Source: Octopus bimaculoides (taxonomy: Eukaryota). From it: DNA of 64,000 nucleotides. The stretch lies in the NCBI RefSeq assembly GCF_001194135.2, contig NC_068983.1:85389762-85453761 (forward strand), given 5' to 3'. The translations under genes were made by a program, and so were the position numbers. Position 1 is the first letter of the stretch, and each line of letters opens with the position of its first letter. This document shows positions 26,173-40,150 of this stretch, piece by piece. The notes below the pieces were generated by a model, which was not told where the DNA came from, made no database searches, and saw only the letters and a list, made by a program, of their open reading frames with translations.

Positions 26173-27005
26173 ATATTTTAGGAATTTAGAAAATTCACAA
26201 GAAATAACAAACAAATAAAAATAGACACACTAATTTGGCAACCCTTGAATTTAGGACATTATTTTTTACTTTGGTCATTCTTCATCTAAATCATTTTGTT
26301 CGACATTCTACAAAGAGTTTATAATTTTTTCTGGAGTCAAATCTGCAACCAACTTCTTTGTCATAGGCTTGAAATACTTTGTATTACTTTTCATTTTTTG
26401 TTTGTGGTTATACACACATCTCACTGGACTTTTTACCAATGTTGTGTGATTTTTAAGCAGCTTTTCTTCTCTCACAGGACTCATACTTTTTCTCTCACTT
26501 CTGCTGTTTTTTTTAGTTTTTAATTGTGTTTGGTAACTTTTGAATAATTTTTCTTCTTTTTACTTTTCTCTCATATGACACACATCATCTTTCTGTCTCT
26601 TGCTTATTTGAGTTCAAACTTCCCTTTCTTGTGTAAAAACACCTCACACTCATACCCCTCCACACACTTCTACCACACCCTCCACATTCCTCTTGCTTTT
26701 CCACTGCCTCACATCCGTATCCATTCCCAAGTCCTCGCATCCACACTTTCCTCAAGCACACTTAACAATTGCACACACTAACATCTCACACACCTAATAA
26801 CCTACACCACCCAACTTCCACACACATAAACACATCCCCCAAAATAAAACACACACATCCGTCCCCCATATGCCCAGCTCCAAAACCAGGAACACTCCAA
26901 TACTTGCGCATACACACTCGACGCCTCCCACCTTTTAACTGCTCTCCCACCTGACTCCTAACTGTTTATCCATTGTTTATTTTTATTTTTTCTCTTCCTC
27001 ACTTT

Positions 27006-27465
27006 CATCATCATTATCGTTTAACGTCTGCTTTCCATGCTAGCATGGGTTGGTTGATTTGACTGAGGACTGGTGGACCAGGTGGCTACACCAGGCTCCA
27101 ACCACTCTGAGAGTACAGTGGGTGCTTTTACGTGCCACCGGCACGAAGGCCAGTCAGGCGGTACTGGCAATGGCCACGCTCGAAATGGTGTATTTTACAT
27201 GCCACCTGCACAGGAGCCATGATCTGGCAATGATCTCACTGGCAATGATCTCACTTGAATGTGTTTTCATGTGCCACCGACACAAGTGCCAAATGGTGCT
27301 ATTTACGTGCCACCGGCACGGAAGCCACTTTCCTTATACTTATCTATTGGAGTAACATGAAATAAAGGGTCTTGCTCAAAAACACAACACACAACCTGGT
27401 CTGGGAATTGAACTCACTACCTAATGATTGTGAGCCTGATGCTCTAACCACTGAGCTATGCACCT
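27006..27465 (-). mobile_element. SINE family E: tRNA head + CORE-like domain + hairpin repeat units + RTE-like tail ending in (GAT)n
   Basis: Minus strand GGTGCATAGCTCAGTGGTTAGAGC...GAGTTCAATTCCC (A and B boxes), TTGAGCAAGAC, repeated GTGCCGGTGGCACGTAAA, tail CCAACCCATGCTAGCATGGAAAGCAGACGTTAAACGAT(GAT)n. Confidence 0.8.
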
Positions 27466-28083
27466 CCACTGTTATTCAATATCCAAAAATATTAAATATT
27501 AAAACTGTGACAATGTAGAGAAACACTAAATCACTACATGACAAGACAAAAAATAACAGCAGGTTTGAATTCAAATGTAGAAATTAAGATAAAACCCACA
27601 ATACACTATCTACACAAGCATTTCACTTCTATTGATATAAGGACAGCATTGAGTTATTATCCTGCAATGTTCTCTGTTTTTAAAAGAGGAAGAAAATGTT
27701 TAAATAAGACAAAAAGAGTTTACATTTTTCATGTATCATATCTGTCTTTATAAAGAATTAGTTAGTTCAAGAAGATATTTGAAAAATCTAAAAGTACATA
27801 ACTAGATAGTCATAAGCTTGTCTTCCACTTGTCTTATATCCAGATTTCCATGCTAGGATGGAATTGATTTTAGAAATTCAGACGCCATACTCCAACTTGA
27901 TGAACCTCCAACTGCTAATTACTAAACCATGAAGTACAGGTAAAATCAGTTGATTTGCACAGTGAATTTGAACCATTTACCATGTGCTTAGTAGTCTTGC
28001 ACATCAAACTTGTGGCTGTCATGACAGCAAAAGTTTATAGTTTTTCCATTAAATAAGAAATGAGAAATAAAAGGCCTCCTTAC

Positions 28084-28167
28084 CTTACAAGTTCCATTAT
28101 ACTTTTTAATTTTTTTTAATTCCTGTTTATCTTTTTTAGAGGAGCTTGAGTTTTGTGCACTACGATT
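28084..28167 (-). CDS. Putative internal coding exon (NRSAQNSSSSKKDKQELKKIKKYNGTCK)
   Basis: Acceptor TTTTCAATTTTTATCTCTTCCAG, 84 nt with only frame 0 open, donor AAG/GTAAGG. Confidence 0.55.
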
Positions 28168-30605
28168 CTGGAAGAGATAAAAATTGAAAACATTAATATT
28201 TTCAAAAGATATTCAAGGAAAATTATTAATTCCAAAGCATGCATGCACACACACACACACACACACACACAACTTCAAACTCAATAGTAACACAGGCAAC
28301 TGAAAATAGATTAATTAATAATACATCACTGTTTAGAACATCTACCTAACTTTCATAGATCCACCAAACTGAGATATTGTCTTCTGCATCCTATCATCAT
28401 TATCACTTTTGTTTGACCTCCATTTTCCAAGCTGACATGGGAAAAATGATTTGACAGGAGCCAATGCACCAGAGAACTGCAATAAGCTCCAGTCTGCATT
28501 GGCATGGTTTCTATGGCTGGAAGCCCTTCCTAATACCAACCACTTCACTAGTATTTCTGAGATCACCAAGTAATTTGCAAAACAAAAGACTCAACTGAGG
28601 AGAGTATGGTACTGAGGTGGCTTTATATCAGGTAATAAGAGGTAAAGTATGACAGAGTGACAGAAACAGCAAAGGAGATAAATGGCTACCCTAGTTGGAA
28701 AAGGAGAGAAAATAGTAGTGAAGATGTATCCCCCAACGCTACATGAAGGTGAATATAAGAGGATTCAGAAGATTGGACAGAGTGAATGGGTTATATAGGA
28801 ATTGGAGTAGGTGGTGTTTTACTACAACCGTCTCACCATGATGCTGATCATTAATTGCAGGTGAGACATGATTCTAGCTGAATCATAAGAATCAAGTACC
28901 ATGTAAAATGCATTCATGTCAGTGCTGCATAAATGCACTTGTGCCAGTGGCATGTAAAAACCATCCAGCATACTCTATAAAGTGGTTGGCATTAGGAAGG
29001 GCATCCAGTCATAGAAACCATGCCACAACAGACAATTGGAGTCTGGACAGCTCCTGTCAAACCATCCAACTTCATCAGCATGAAAAACAGATGTTAAACC
29101 ATGATGATGAGTGGAGTCAACAGATGTTAGAGAAGAGAAGAGAGCATCATCTAGCTGGTTTAGTTCTATTTTTTTAGCATTTGAGGAAATGTAGATACAG
29201 TTGGTGCAAAATGAGGTTATGATAATCCACAGTTGGGGTTATCATGATCTCTGATCCAAATGCTTGCAACAGAAGCAACTCCAATGATGGCTGGGGTGTT
29301 ACAGTATATAGCTTAACATGTCAGAAACCAACACCCACCCCTGCAGTGACCACCTATTCTATACTCATATTGTATCAGATAAATGGCAACCTAGAGTTAA
29401 CGTGTACACACAGGCATACAAATATACATGTGCATTTTTATAGACCTGTACAGTTTTATAAAGTAGATATAGAAACACGCATACCTATGTTTGTGAGAGA
29501 AAGAGAGAGAGAGTACCAAAAATGTGAAACTTCACTCAACAACAGATATATATTGGTATCCCTGTTTGTTTTTTTTTGTCCAATAGGTTTGATTTTTCCA
29601 TGTGCATTAATGTGTGCGTGTATGTGTGTGCGCGCACATGCACACACACACACACACACATACCCACCAAACTTTCATTAAAAAAAAGAGAATCTTCACA
29701 AAAAACACTAATAAACTACACACTGGTAAGCACCACCACATAAACTACCAAGTGTTTTTAGAATACTGCTGCATATGTTCTGTGATGAACTTTGGTTAAT
29801 ACTCAGACAACGATTTGTTGATATTGTCTACATTTTCGTTCATTCTTTTTTTTTTGTTCATTCTTTCTTTCTTTTTTCTTTTCCTTCCACTAATTTCTGT
29901 CACTTCATGTATTGGCAACACTAACATCAGTAATAAAAAAAAAGATAACAAAAGAAGAACAAGTGCTGTGACGAGACATCAAACAGGATAATGAAGAGAC
30001 AATAGAGAAGAAGGAAAGGTGAACAAGTAATCAATGCCTGGAAAGTCATTAAATTAATCTATAAATAGATTCATTAGATATAAAAAAAAGTTGAAAAGTT
30101 GACAAAAATAAATATAGAAAGATAGTTGTTATTATTACTGCTGTTTTCTGGGAACCTTGATTACATCTGCATAACCAAACATAAGAGCAGAGAGGTGACT
30201 AAATTTAAAGCTAAGGAGGAGAAAACAACAGACAGCCTCAATGTATGTAGAAGCATGCTGCTTACATCAATATCTGAAGGGTACAGGTAATGGCTAGTTT
30301 TAGGTGGAAGTGAGATGCATCCAACATAAGCAAGCAAATGAGAGTACAAAAAAGTTTTCAATGAAAATGTTGAGGTAAAAATCAACTTTATCAAATCACA
30401 ATTCACAACTATAAATAACCACAAGCCATTCAACATTATTTGCTGTGTCAACTAGCTTTCAAAAAGCAAATCGCTGTCATGAATTTTATGAATCTGTTGC
30501 TTCCCATATGAATGAACCATTCAGAATTTAACTTCATCAAACATGTTCAAGCACCTAAGAAAATACCACTCCTACTTGCGGCAATGATTTTACTTGGATT
30601 TTTAT

Positions 30606-30824
30606 TTAACCTTTAAGCATTCAGATTACTGTCAAATGTGATGCTTATTTATTCACATTATTTTGAATGAATTATGTAATATCTCATAGCTTTGAGATTT
30701 TGAATATGTGATTTTGATCATGTCATTGTAGGGTAGTTGTAAGAGGCTACATCTAACAAGTTTGAACATAAAACAAGCAGAATATTTGGGCTAGATATGG
30801 CCAGTTTAAATGCAAAAAAGATAA
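30606..30824 (-). mobile_element. MITE family C
   Basis: Same interior on the reverse strand. A partial copy lies at about 35335-35490. Confidence 0.75.
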
Positions 30825-31034
30825 GCATAAATACTAAAATCCTAAAGGAAATCAATAGCTAAATATGAAAGTTTTAATTATATTTCACTTCTATTGCACC
30901 AGAAAATAAGCTGGAGGAAAATTTTTCAGAAACAAATAAATTGAAACAGCTTTCCTGATTTTAAATGCTTTAATATCTTCTTCACTCTGTCCACTTCTCC
31001 TTCAGGAAATTTCTCTCTTTTTCTATCTCTCATG

Positions 31035-31068
<34 letters not shown>

Positions 31069-31544
31069 NNNNNNNNNNNNNNNNNNNNNNNNNNNNNNNN
31101 NNNNNNNNNNNNNNNNNNNNNNNNNNNNNNNNNNNNNNNNNNNNNNNNNNNNNNNNNNNNNNNNNNNNNNNNNNNNNNNNNNNNNNNNNNNNNNNNNNNN
31201 NNNNNNNNNNNNNNNNNNNNNNNNNNNNNNNNNNNNNNNNNNNNNNNNNNNNNNNNNNNNNNNNNNNNNNNNNNNNNNNNNNNNNNNNNNNNNNNNNNNN
31301 NNNNNNNNNNNNNNNNNNNNNNNNNNNNNNNNNNNNNNNNNNNNNNNNNNNNNNNNNNNNNNNNNNNNNATATATATCTAATATAATATATAATTTTCCG
31401 CCCCAACATCCGAAACTCAGTCTTATTATGGCAACCAAATAATTGTCACATATTATATTGCAGATAAATTCCTCTATTTACATAATATCGAGGTTTCTTT
31501 CATTCTTTTGTTGTTTTACCATTACTATTAATATATATATATAT

Positions 31545-32015
31545 AGCTTTTTGCAGCTAAGGTGTCTACAACTCCTATTTCTAGAAATGATGATACTCAC
31601 TGCACCCTTGTCACTCTTAGTGATGGTGAATTATTTCCTTGTTGGTTTTAAATTGCTGCTAGCCACCTTAATTATTTTATAATTTTCACATTGCCATTTT
31701 GTAAAATCAGTCATTGATTCCAATAGCATTCTCCGTAATTTTGACAGGAGTGAGTTGGCCTCTACCAGCTGTGATGGCGTGAGCATTACTGATGAGTATT
31801 AATTTCCTATACAAAATTAGCATGCTAATCCAATGCATCTCGTTCATAGTGGGAAGGGTTTTCTCCCGTGTCAATACAAAGAGACCATATGCCTTTTGTA
31901 GCTAAGGAGCCTACGACTCCTATTTCTAGCAATGCTCACTACACCCTTGTCACTCTTAGTGACGGCGAATTATTTCCTTGTTGGTTATAAATTGCTGCAA
32001 GCCATCTTGGTTATT
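31545..32015. repeat. ~120-bp diverged direct repeat (about 31550-31675 and 31895-32010)
   Basis: GCTAAGG..CTAC.ACTCCTATTTCTAG...CACCCTTGTCACTCTTAGTGA.GG.GAATTATTTCCTTGTTGGTT occurs twice. Confidence 0.85.
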
Positions 32016-32017
32016 AT

Positions 32018-32089
<72 letters not shown>

Positions 32090-33569
32090 TCACACACACT
32101 ACAAAAAACTCATGTAATTTGTGCAGGTGATTTTCAGGATGAAAATTGTTAAAGTTTCTGCTCATGTAAAATTCACACCCAAAAGTTTTATGAATTGCCA
32201 ATATGGCCAGGGGGGTAAAGATTTTCAATTTAGTTGTATTTAGCATAATGTCTCTCACTTACGATTAGATTTTATTAAATTTTCATTAGATAAAAATAAT
32301 TTCTGTTTAACAGGTATCACATAAAAAGCTCTTAAATTACAAAGTATTTGTGTTGTTTATAATAAACTTTATTTTACATTTTTTGCCCACAAGTGATTAT
32401 GTCTTCTCAAATCACGATCACAGGTATAAAGTTGTTAAGAATTATCAACAAAAACAAAGCTGATAAATACACAAAAGTGTTGCAAATTAAGGTTAATTAC
32501 CAATAAACATCAGCTTGGATGACACTTTACTCAACCAAGTAAAATATGTAAAATATGGCCCGGACTGTGATTACCAGCATGAATGTCAGACTTCAAAAAG
32601 TAGTTAACCATTTAATGGTTTTAGTAAATTGATACAGAAAAAGTAAGCATTATACCGTCCAGCATAAATAAAAGTCAACTTCATTATATTTAAGCCCTTA
32701 TTTTTTCTGCAAAACTTATTCTGACATTAAATGAATCAACTTCCAGTATGAATGTTTACATTTTGTATGTCTTCTTTCAACAAAAAAAAATTTCTAAAAA
32801 ATTTTTGGCAATGATCTACTCATGAAATTTACGCATCCCTAAAGTTTATTTTTATTTTTGTGAGATATATATATGTGTGAGACTGCATTAGGTCCCCTAA
32901 TACACCATGCTGTGCTGCCAGCCATTACTTTTTCTCATCTAAACTACTTCTATTGCCACTCCTCACATACTTTTGCATTTCTCTCATAATCTGATTCTAC
33001 CTTCATCCCACTTGTTATTGCCCATCACTCCTTATTCAACCTCTACATATTGCGGCCAGCCTCCCATCATACTTTTGTTCCTTCCTTACCCCAATCTGCT
33101 TTTTCTAATGTCATTTTCCTCTCTCTTCTCTCTAATTCCCTCTCAGTCACCTGTGCAAATGCATTTGCTCTTACATACTGAGCACTCTCTATATCTACAT
33201 TTACTCCCCTATCCCTACCTTTCTGATACCCACTTCTGGCTTTTCTATCATCTCTGTTCCCTCTTTAAATTTACATTTACTGTGAACATGGCTCCAATTG
33301 TTCACTTATAAACTGGTTAGCTAACTGAGTAGAGGAAGTGTAAGGTAATGAGCCCCCTCTAATCCTCCATCACCAAGGCCTACTCACACTTTCCAGAGTT
33401 GGCACCACAAGAAAATGTACTCAGTACATTCTGTACAGTGGTTGGTGTACAGTGGAAGGCATCCAGACATAGAAACTAACCCAAATGACATATGGGCACC
33501 TAGTCTCTGGGAACAGTAGCCTTCAATGAGGCAACTCAGACATGGAAGACATGTCTTCATCTTTCACAT

Positions 33570-33942
33570 TTTATTTGTTGCAGTGATTAGGCTGAGACAC
33601 TCCAAGGAAAATGTTTTAATCGAATTAATCAACCCCAGTTGTGTTTATAAGTCTGGTACATATTCTATCAATCTCTTTTAATGAACCACTAAGTTACAAG
33701 GACATAAACACATCAACACTGGTTGTCAAGCAGTCGTGGGGGACACATAAACACGCACTCAGATATATATATATATATATATATATACAGCAGGCTTCAT
33801 TCAGTTTCCATCTGCCAAATCCACTCACAAGGCTTTGGTTAGCCTGTGGCTGTAGAAGACACACATGGTGCCACAGTGAGATTGAGCCCAGAACCATGTG
33901 GTTGGGAAACAAGCTTCTTACCACGGAGCCACTCCTGTGCCA
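33570..33942 (-). mobile_element. SINE family A
   Basis: Reverse-strand copy with internal (TA)n. Confidence 0.8.
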
Positions 33943-33983
33943 TGTAAATAATAATTATTATAACTAAGTTTAAATGCATGTGC

Positions 33984-34536
33984 TTAACTTCTGTTGCAAT
34001 TTTCTATTTAAAAACCTATTTTGAAAACAATGAAAAATTTACTAAAATAATTTTGTCTTTGTTAAACTGGTGTTTAGAACAGATAAACAAGAAATTTTGA
34101 AGGAAGATTTTGATAATTTAACCCTTTAGAATTTAAACCAGCCATATCCAGCCAAATATTCTACCTGTTTTAAATTTAAACTGGTCAGATCTCGTACCTA
34201 TCCACCAATATCATTCTAAAAGTAAACAATCACATCTTTGAAATCTGTAAGCTACAAGATAATACATGATTAATTATATTTAAATGTGAATAGATAAGCA
34301 TTATATTTAACAAAATACACTCTCGGAGTGGTTGGGGTTAGGGTTAGGAAGGGCTGCCAGCTGTAGAAATCATGCCAAATCAGATTGGAACTTGATGCAT
34401 CTCCCCAGCTTTCAGTCAAACCGTCCAATCCAAGCCAGACATATGATGATGATGATGATGTTAAAGGGTTAAAAAGGGAAATGTATATCATAGAACCAGA
34501 AGGTGGTCTCAGGCAGGTTGTTATCAAAAGGTTTAA
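33984..34536 (-). mobile_element. Triple nest: MITE D containing MITE C containing a SINE E tail
   Basis: D halves at 33984-34117 and 34473-34536; C from 34118 to 34472; SINE E tail at about 34315-34460. Confidence 0.7.
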
Positions 34537-34609
34537 TAAGTATATTTTGCTGTGCAAATAGATACATGGTTAAATCACAGGGTGTTCTCTGCAGAACAAA
34601 GTGAAAGGC

Positions 34610-34651
<42 letters not shown>

Positions 34652-36220
34652 ATGCGCGCACGTGTACACATGAGTGTGTGAGAGAGAGAGCTTATAACTA
34701 CTTATAAAACAATGCAATGGGTAACAAGCACAGATTTTACTCATTTGCATACCAGGACATTCATGTGTTAAAACATTGAGACAAACAGGTGAATGGGTAA
34801 ATGTAAATAATTTACATGCATATAATTCAACAAACAAACATACATTCGACATTGTTGCGTAAACAGACATTGCGGTTACACCATGTAGCTCGACAAGGAA
34901 CCAAAGAACAATTCAACTCATTACACCAGGTCATTACAAACTCATCAAGCAGGTTTACTTGTTTCTTCAACAATTTAATACACAAATGTACTTTAATTAA
35001 TCAATATGTGACTCCAACAAGTGTACTGATATACAAATGAGTAAAAATAGCACCTGTTATTTATCTTAGCTTTCCTAAATAACTAAACTACACACTCTCT
35101 TTCTCTATCTCTCTCTTTTTCCCTATCTCTCTCTCTCTTTCTTTCTCTATATCTTTCTCTCTCTAAACAAAGCAAGACAAGGTGAAACTGGTCACGTTGT
35201 TCTTGTTCTTGTACAGCACACAGACCCTGTGATTTAAATACAGGATCTATTGGCACAGCAAGAGGCAAAAGTGTACAAAGCATATGATTACACACACACA
35301 CATACACAACCTCAGTAGGTTAACTGACAAAAAAAAATGCCTATTTATTCACATTGCTTTGAATTAGCCATGCATTACCTTGTAGCTTTGAGATTTCAAT
35401 GATGTGATTGCTTATTTTTAGAATGACATTGTAGGACAGGCATAAGAGACCAGATACAGCCAGTTAGAACATAAAACAAGCAGAATATTTATATGAAATA
35501 ATAGTTTCACTTGTGCTGCATACTACAAAAAAAGATATAAGTATACAGTATGTTAAGTCTACCACAAGTTCATTTCTGCTCCCAGCTGAAACCAAATAAT
35601 TTCACTTATACTATTCAGAAACATTCAAAAGTATCAATATTAATTCTACATCATTCCACAGGTTGGCATCAATCAGATACATTTGAAAATGTATACATTG
35701 ATTCTTTTTCAAATCATGCTGTGATTCCCAATTTCATAATAGGTGCACTGCATCCTTATGCATCGTACAAAGCAACTAAAAGAGTTGGCACCAGCAAGGG
35801 TATCCAGCTATAAAACACTACCTTAAAACAAAAAATCTAGTGTGGAATGGTAAACATAAAATCCTGATGATGATAATGATTTTATTTTTGGAATGAGTAC
35901 TTTAATAGCTGAACAATTTTCCAGTTCTAGAAATGCTTAGTAAAGCAAAACCCACCTCTCTGACAAATTCCACTCTCTAGCTCATCATCTTACTTCAGTT
36001 TTACTTTCTATCGAATCCAGGAATGAGCAGCCTTTTTTTTTTGAAAAGGGGGCCACAAGAGGCATGGTGCATCATCAGGTGAGCTACACTACTAAAAAAA
36101 AATTATAAGGAATTTTTCATTAGGCATGCTATATAGAAAGTTTTGTGGACCACAGTTTGCCCATGAGTCCTCTGTTACATATAGTAAGCAGAGCTCTTCT
36201 GAAATCACTAATCCTTACTA

Positions 36221-36235
36221 ATGCGTTGGCAAGAA

Positions 36236-36280
<45 letters not shown>

Positions 36281-37528
36281 TAAAATAAAAGTCTTTTTTT
36301 CATACAAAAAAATGAACTTTAATCAATTATATATATTCCATTTTGTTTGATGACCTTTTACCATCTTTCTGGCAACTTCATGATTCCACGCTCATAAAAC
36401 TTCTGGTCCTTATCAGCCAAAAACTGAAGCAAGTGCAATTTCAGGCCATCTTCATTATTGAAAGCTTTATCATTCAAAGAATTTTGCTAACTTTGAAATA
36501 AATGGTAATCTAATGGTGTAAGATCAGAGCTATATGGTGGATGTGACATCACTTCCCAACCAAGCTCCAATAATTTTTCACAAGTTAGTAAAGACATGTG
36601 TGGTCTAGCGTTGTCATAGTGGAACAAGATTCCTTTACGATTTGCCAATTCTGTTGATTTTTCTTGGATTGCTACCTCTAGTTTCATTACTTGTTGACAG
36701 TAAACATCATAATTGATTGTTTGGTTCCTTGGAAGCAGCTCAAAATACACACCTTTGTAATCCCACCAAATTGACAGCATGACCTTTTCTTTATACAATT
36801 CAGCTTTTGATGCTGTTTGTGCTGGTTCATTATGCTTGGACCATGATTGTTTTCAATTGATGTTATTGTAGACAATCCATTTTCCATCAAGAGTGATGAT
36901 TCGTTTCAAAAAAAGGTAAATTTCATTGTGTTTGAGATGTATATTGCAAATATTGATTCATTGTGTTAAGTGAATCTCTTTCAATTTATGCGGAACCCAA
37001 ATATCAAGCTTCTTAACAAGTCCAAGACATTTTAAGTGATTTTCAATTGTTATGTGTGATACATTTGACCTCTTTGCAATCTCTTGCTCAGTTATATGAT
37101 GATCAGATTCAATTACGGATTTGATTTGGTCATCATCAACTTCAGTAGGTCAACCAGAATGCTGGTCATCTTTGAGTGAAAAATCTCCAGAATGGAATTT
37201 TTAAAACCATTTATGACATGTGCGTTCTCTTTAGCAATCAACACCATAAACTTCACAGATCTCTTTGTGAGCCCTAGCAGCTTTCTTGCCTTAATGGAAA
37301 AAAAAAGAAAATCATGGCAAAAATGTTCATTTTTGCACTCCATGTTAAAATTGACACTGAACTAACAGCTGTAAACAAAATTACGTGCAATTTGCTTCTC
37401 AAGTAAGCTAAAAAGTAATGGATATCAAATGTCAAAAGGCAAAAAAAATCATAACACTGACAAAAGTCATTCAAAAGAATCGTAACTATCTATTTGCGAA
37501 AAACGAAATTACTTTCTTGCCAATCCAA
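36221..37528 (-). mobile_element. Full-length (~1.3 kb) decayed mariner transposon, DD34D, mellifera-subfamily-like
   Basis: TIRs (TTGGCAAGAAAGT core) flanked by TA at 36219-20 and 37529-30. The transposase is broken by stops and frameshifts: MECKNEHF, KFHSGDFSLKDD, DIWVPHKL, IITLDGKWIVYNN, VMLSIWWDYKG, FHYDNARPH, HPPYSSDLTPLDYHLF. Confidence 0.92.
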
Positions 37529-37841
37529 TAATTTCTCTACTCGTATTGAATGTATTTTATAAAGGATGTCTAAACATCAATTTGAGTAACCCCTTCATAA
37601 AGAACCATATGTTCTATGTATTCCCATTAAATACGTACTAATTCTCTAATCTTCATATTAACTACATTAATCTAATAACTGTTCTGTTGGTTTTTGTTTT
37701 GTTTTCTTTGTTTTTTGTTATTGCTCTTAATAATATCTTTCTTCAAACAGACTCGATTAGTCTATGATCAAGTAAAAGTATGATACATCTTGTCCAAAAA
37801 TACAAAATGGCAATCATGGTATATTTGATTTTTTTTTCTCC

Positions 37842-37907
<66 letters not shown>

Positions 37908-38928
37908 CCCCCCAATACTTAACCATCTTAAACAGCAAAATATTGTCTTTCATCACAGAATAGTTCCTAAATTTGCTTTTTTATTCAATTTTGCTCTATC
38001 AGTTTACCCCACCTACACATTTTCTTGTCTGATGTTATTCATCTAATGAATATATATATATATATATATATGTCATTTTTTAAAAATTCATTGCTGAGAG
38101 TCTTATCTCCATTTCACATTTTATGGAATCAACGTAACTGCATAACTTCTTGTGGAACATGAAAATATCTACAAACTACCAAGTCAACAAAACAAACAAA
38201 ACATTCAATCGATAGGAAAACTTGAAGGTCAATGAAGGACAAATTTTCAAAATGTAAATGGACACGCCCCAGCTGTTTCAGATTTATTTCCCACCATGAA
38301 AATATTTTAAGATAAACAACTTCAAGCAGAACATTTCCATATCCTCCTTCTTCCAAATTTGATGCTATATTAATATTTTCTCAACTCTTCAGTAATACAG
38401 GTAGCCACATAGCTCCACTACAGCAAGAGATCACTTCTGCTCTGTCCCGTTCTTTCATATTTTAACCACTTATCTCCTAGTATTAGGCCAACCACTCTCT
38501 ATTCTAGTCTCACTCAGTCAATGGGAATCTTAGTCTAGCAAGCTTCATGGCAACTTCACTAGTGCTGGCACCATGAAAAATAGCACCCATTCACACTCTG
38601 TAAAGTGGTTGACATTAGGGAGTGCATCAAGCCAAAGAAACCATATCAAAGCAGACTTGGAGCATGATGCAGTCTTCAGACCCTGTCAAATTGTGTAACC
38701 CATGCCAGCTAGCATGGGAGATGAACTTTTTTTTAAAAAAAGAAAAAAAGCTTGATGAGTAATATTTTCAAAACTGCTTTAGTCCTAACAGTAGTTCAGT
38801 AAAATTGCTTGAGTCTAATTAGAGATTATATTTGTTACAAAATATCAATGCCAGGCATCACTCACTCACTGAGATTTATTTTATCACTAATACACTTACT
38901 TATAACAAATGTTTCTACTGCCAATGCT

Positions 38929-39157
38929 TTAACCCTTTAGCATTTAAACCAGCCATATCCAGCCTCAAATATTCTGCCTGCTTTATGTTTAAACCAGCCA
39001 GATCTGGCCTCTCACACCTACCCTACAATGTCATTTTAAAGATAAACACTCATATCATTGAAATCTCAACGCTACAAGGTATTACATGGCTAATGCAAAA
39101 CAATGTGAATAAATAAACATTACATTTGATAAAGTAATCTGAATGCCAAAGGGTTAA
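38929..39157 (+). mobile_element. MITE family C (best-preserved copy)
   Basis: TTAACCCTTTAGCATTTA...GAATGCCAAAGGGTTAA. Confidence 0.85.
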
Positions 39158-39386
39158 ATTTCAAAATCAGCTGGCAATTCTCAAAATTACATCATAAATG
39201 TTATTCTTGGCAAGTAATTTGATCTATTCATTTTTTTTTTTCTCTCTAAAATATTTATTCCTCTTACATTAATTAAGTACTCCCAAATATTGAATACATA
39301 TTATTCTCAGTTAGAATTCTTATATGTCTTAGATATAAGTGACACGGATGTAAGCAAACCAATACAGGTTGTCAAGTACTGGTGGG

Positions 39387-39417
<31 letters not shown>

Positions 39418-40102
39418 AGTGGCTTCTTTGAGTTTCTGCCTATCAAATTCACTCACAAGGCTTTGGTTTGATCGATGTTATAGTAGAAGACAGTTGCTCA
39501 AGCTGCCATGCAGTGGGACCAAACCAAGAACCATGTGGCTGGCAAGCTAACTTCTTACCACACCACCATATCTATGCCTATATTACATATACGTGTGTGT
39601 GTGTGCGCGCACGCACGTGTACCTTTGTGTTTGATTATATTTGCACTCTGTGAATGAGCTACAAATAATGACAGAGGTGTCGCATTTCCTTTTAACATAT
39701 CACCCACCGGCTTTGTGCCTTTTGACATGCAGGAAGCAAGAGATCCTTTCCTTGAAAAACAGGTAAGTGTAAACAACAAGAACAGTAACAGGCTATGAAA
39801 CAAATGCCTCGATAATATTTTTCAAACCTATGTTAGCATAGGAAAAGTGAAAGAGAGACAGACATGGGGTGAGAGATTGGAAACTGCTTTTCTTTGAAAG
39901 CTGTTATATAAAAAATGTGAATATATTTGATTTTAAACTTTTACATTAAGGGTTTTTCATAATTCATCATCATTTTTACTAGCACTTCACCATGCTTGCC
40001 AAAGAATGGACTACTAAGTAAGTATGAAAAATCCAAATGAAAAATCTCAACTTGACATTACTTTTGCTTCAATACATACATACACATATATATTACACTG
40101 GC

Positions 40103-40150
<48 letters not shown>

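Noticed and set aside
26540-26960. Strand-asymmetric C/A-rich segment
   Set aside because: No periodicity, ORF or second copy found; treated as decayed low-complexity DNA.
27400-27465. tRNA gene (TAGCTCAGTGGTTAGAGC...GTTCAATTCCC)
   Set aside because: tRNA-derived SINE head that continues directly into the CORE-like body; no convincing acceptor stem.
34331-34348. TTAGGG telomeric repeat
   Set aside because: Only two units, formed by slippage within the SINE E tail motif GGCGTTAGGAAGGGC.
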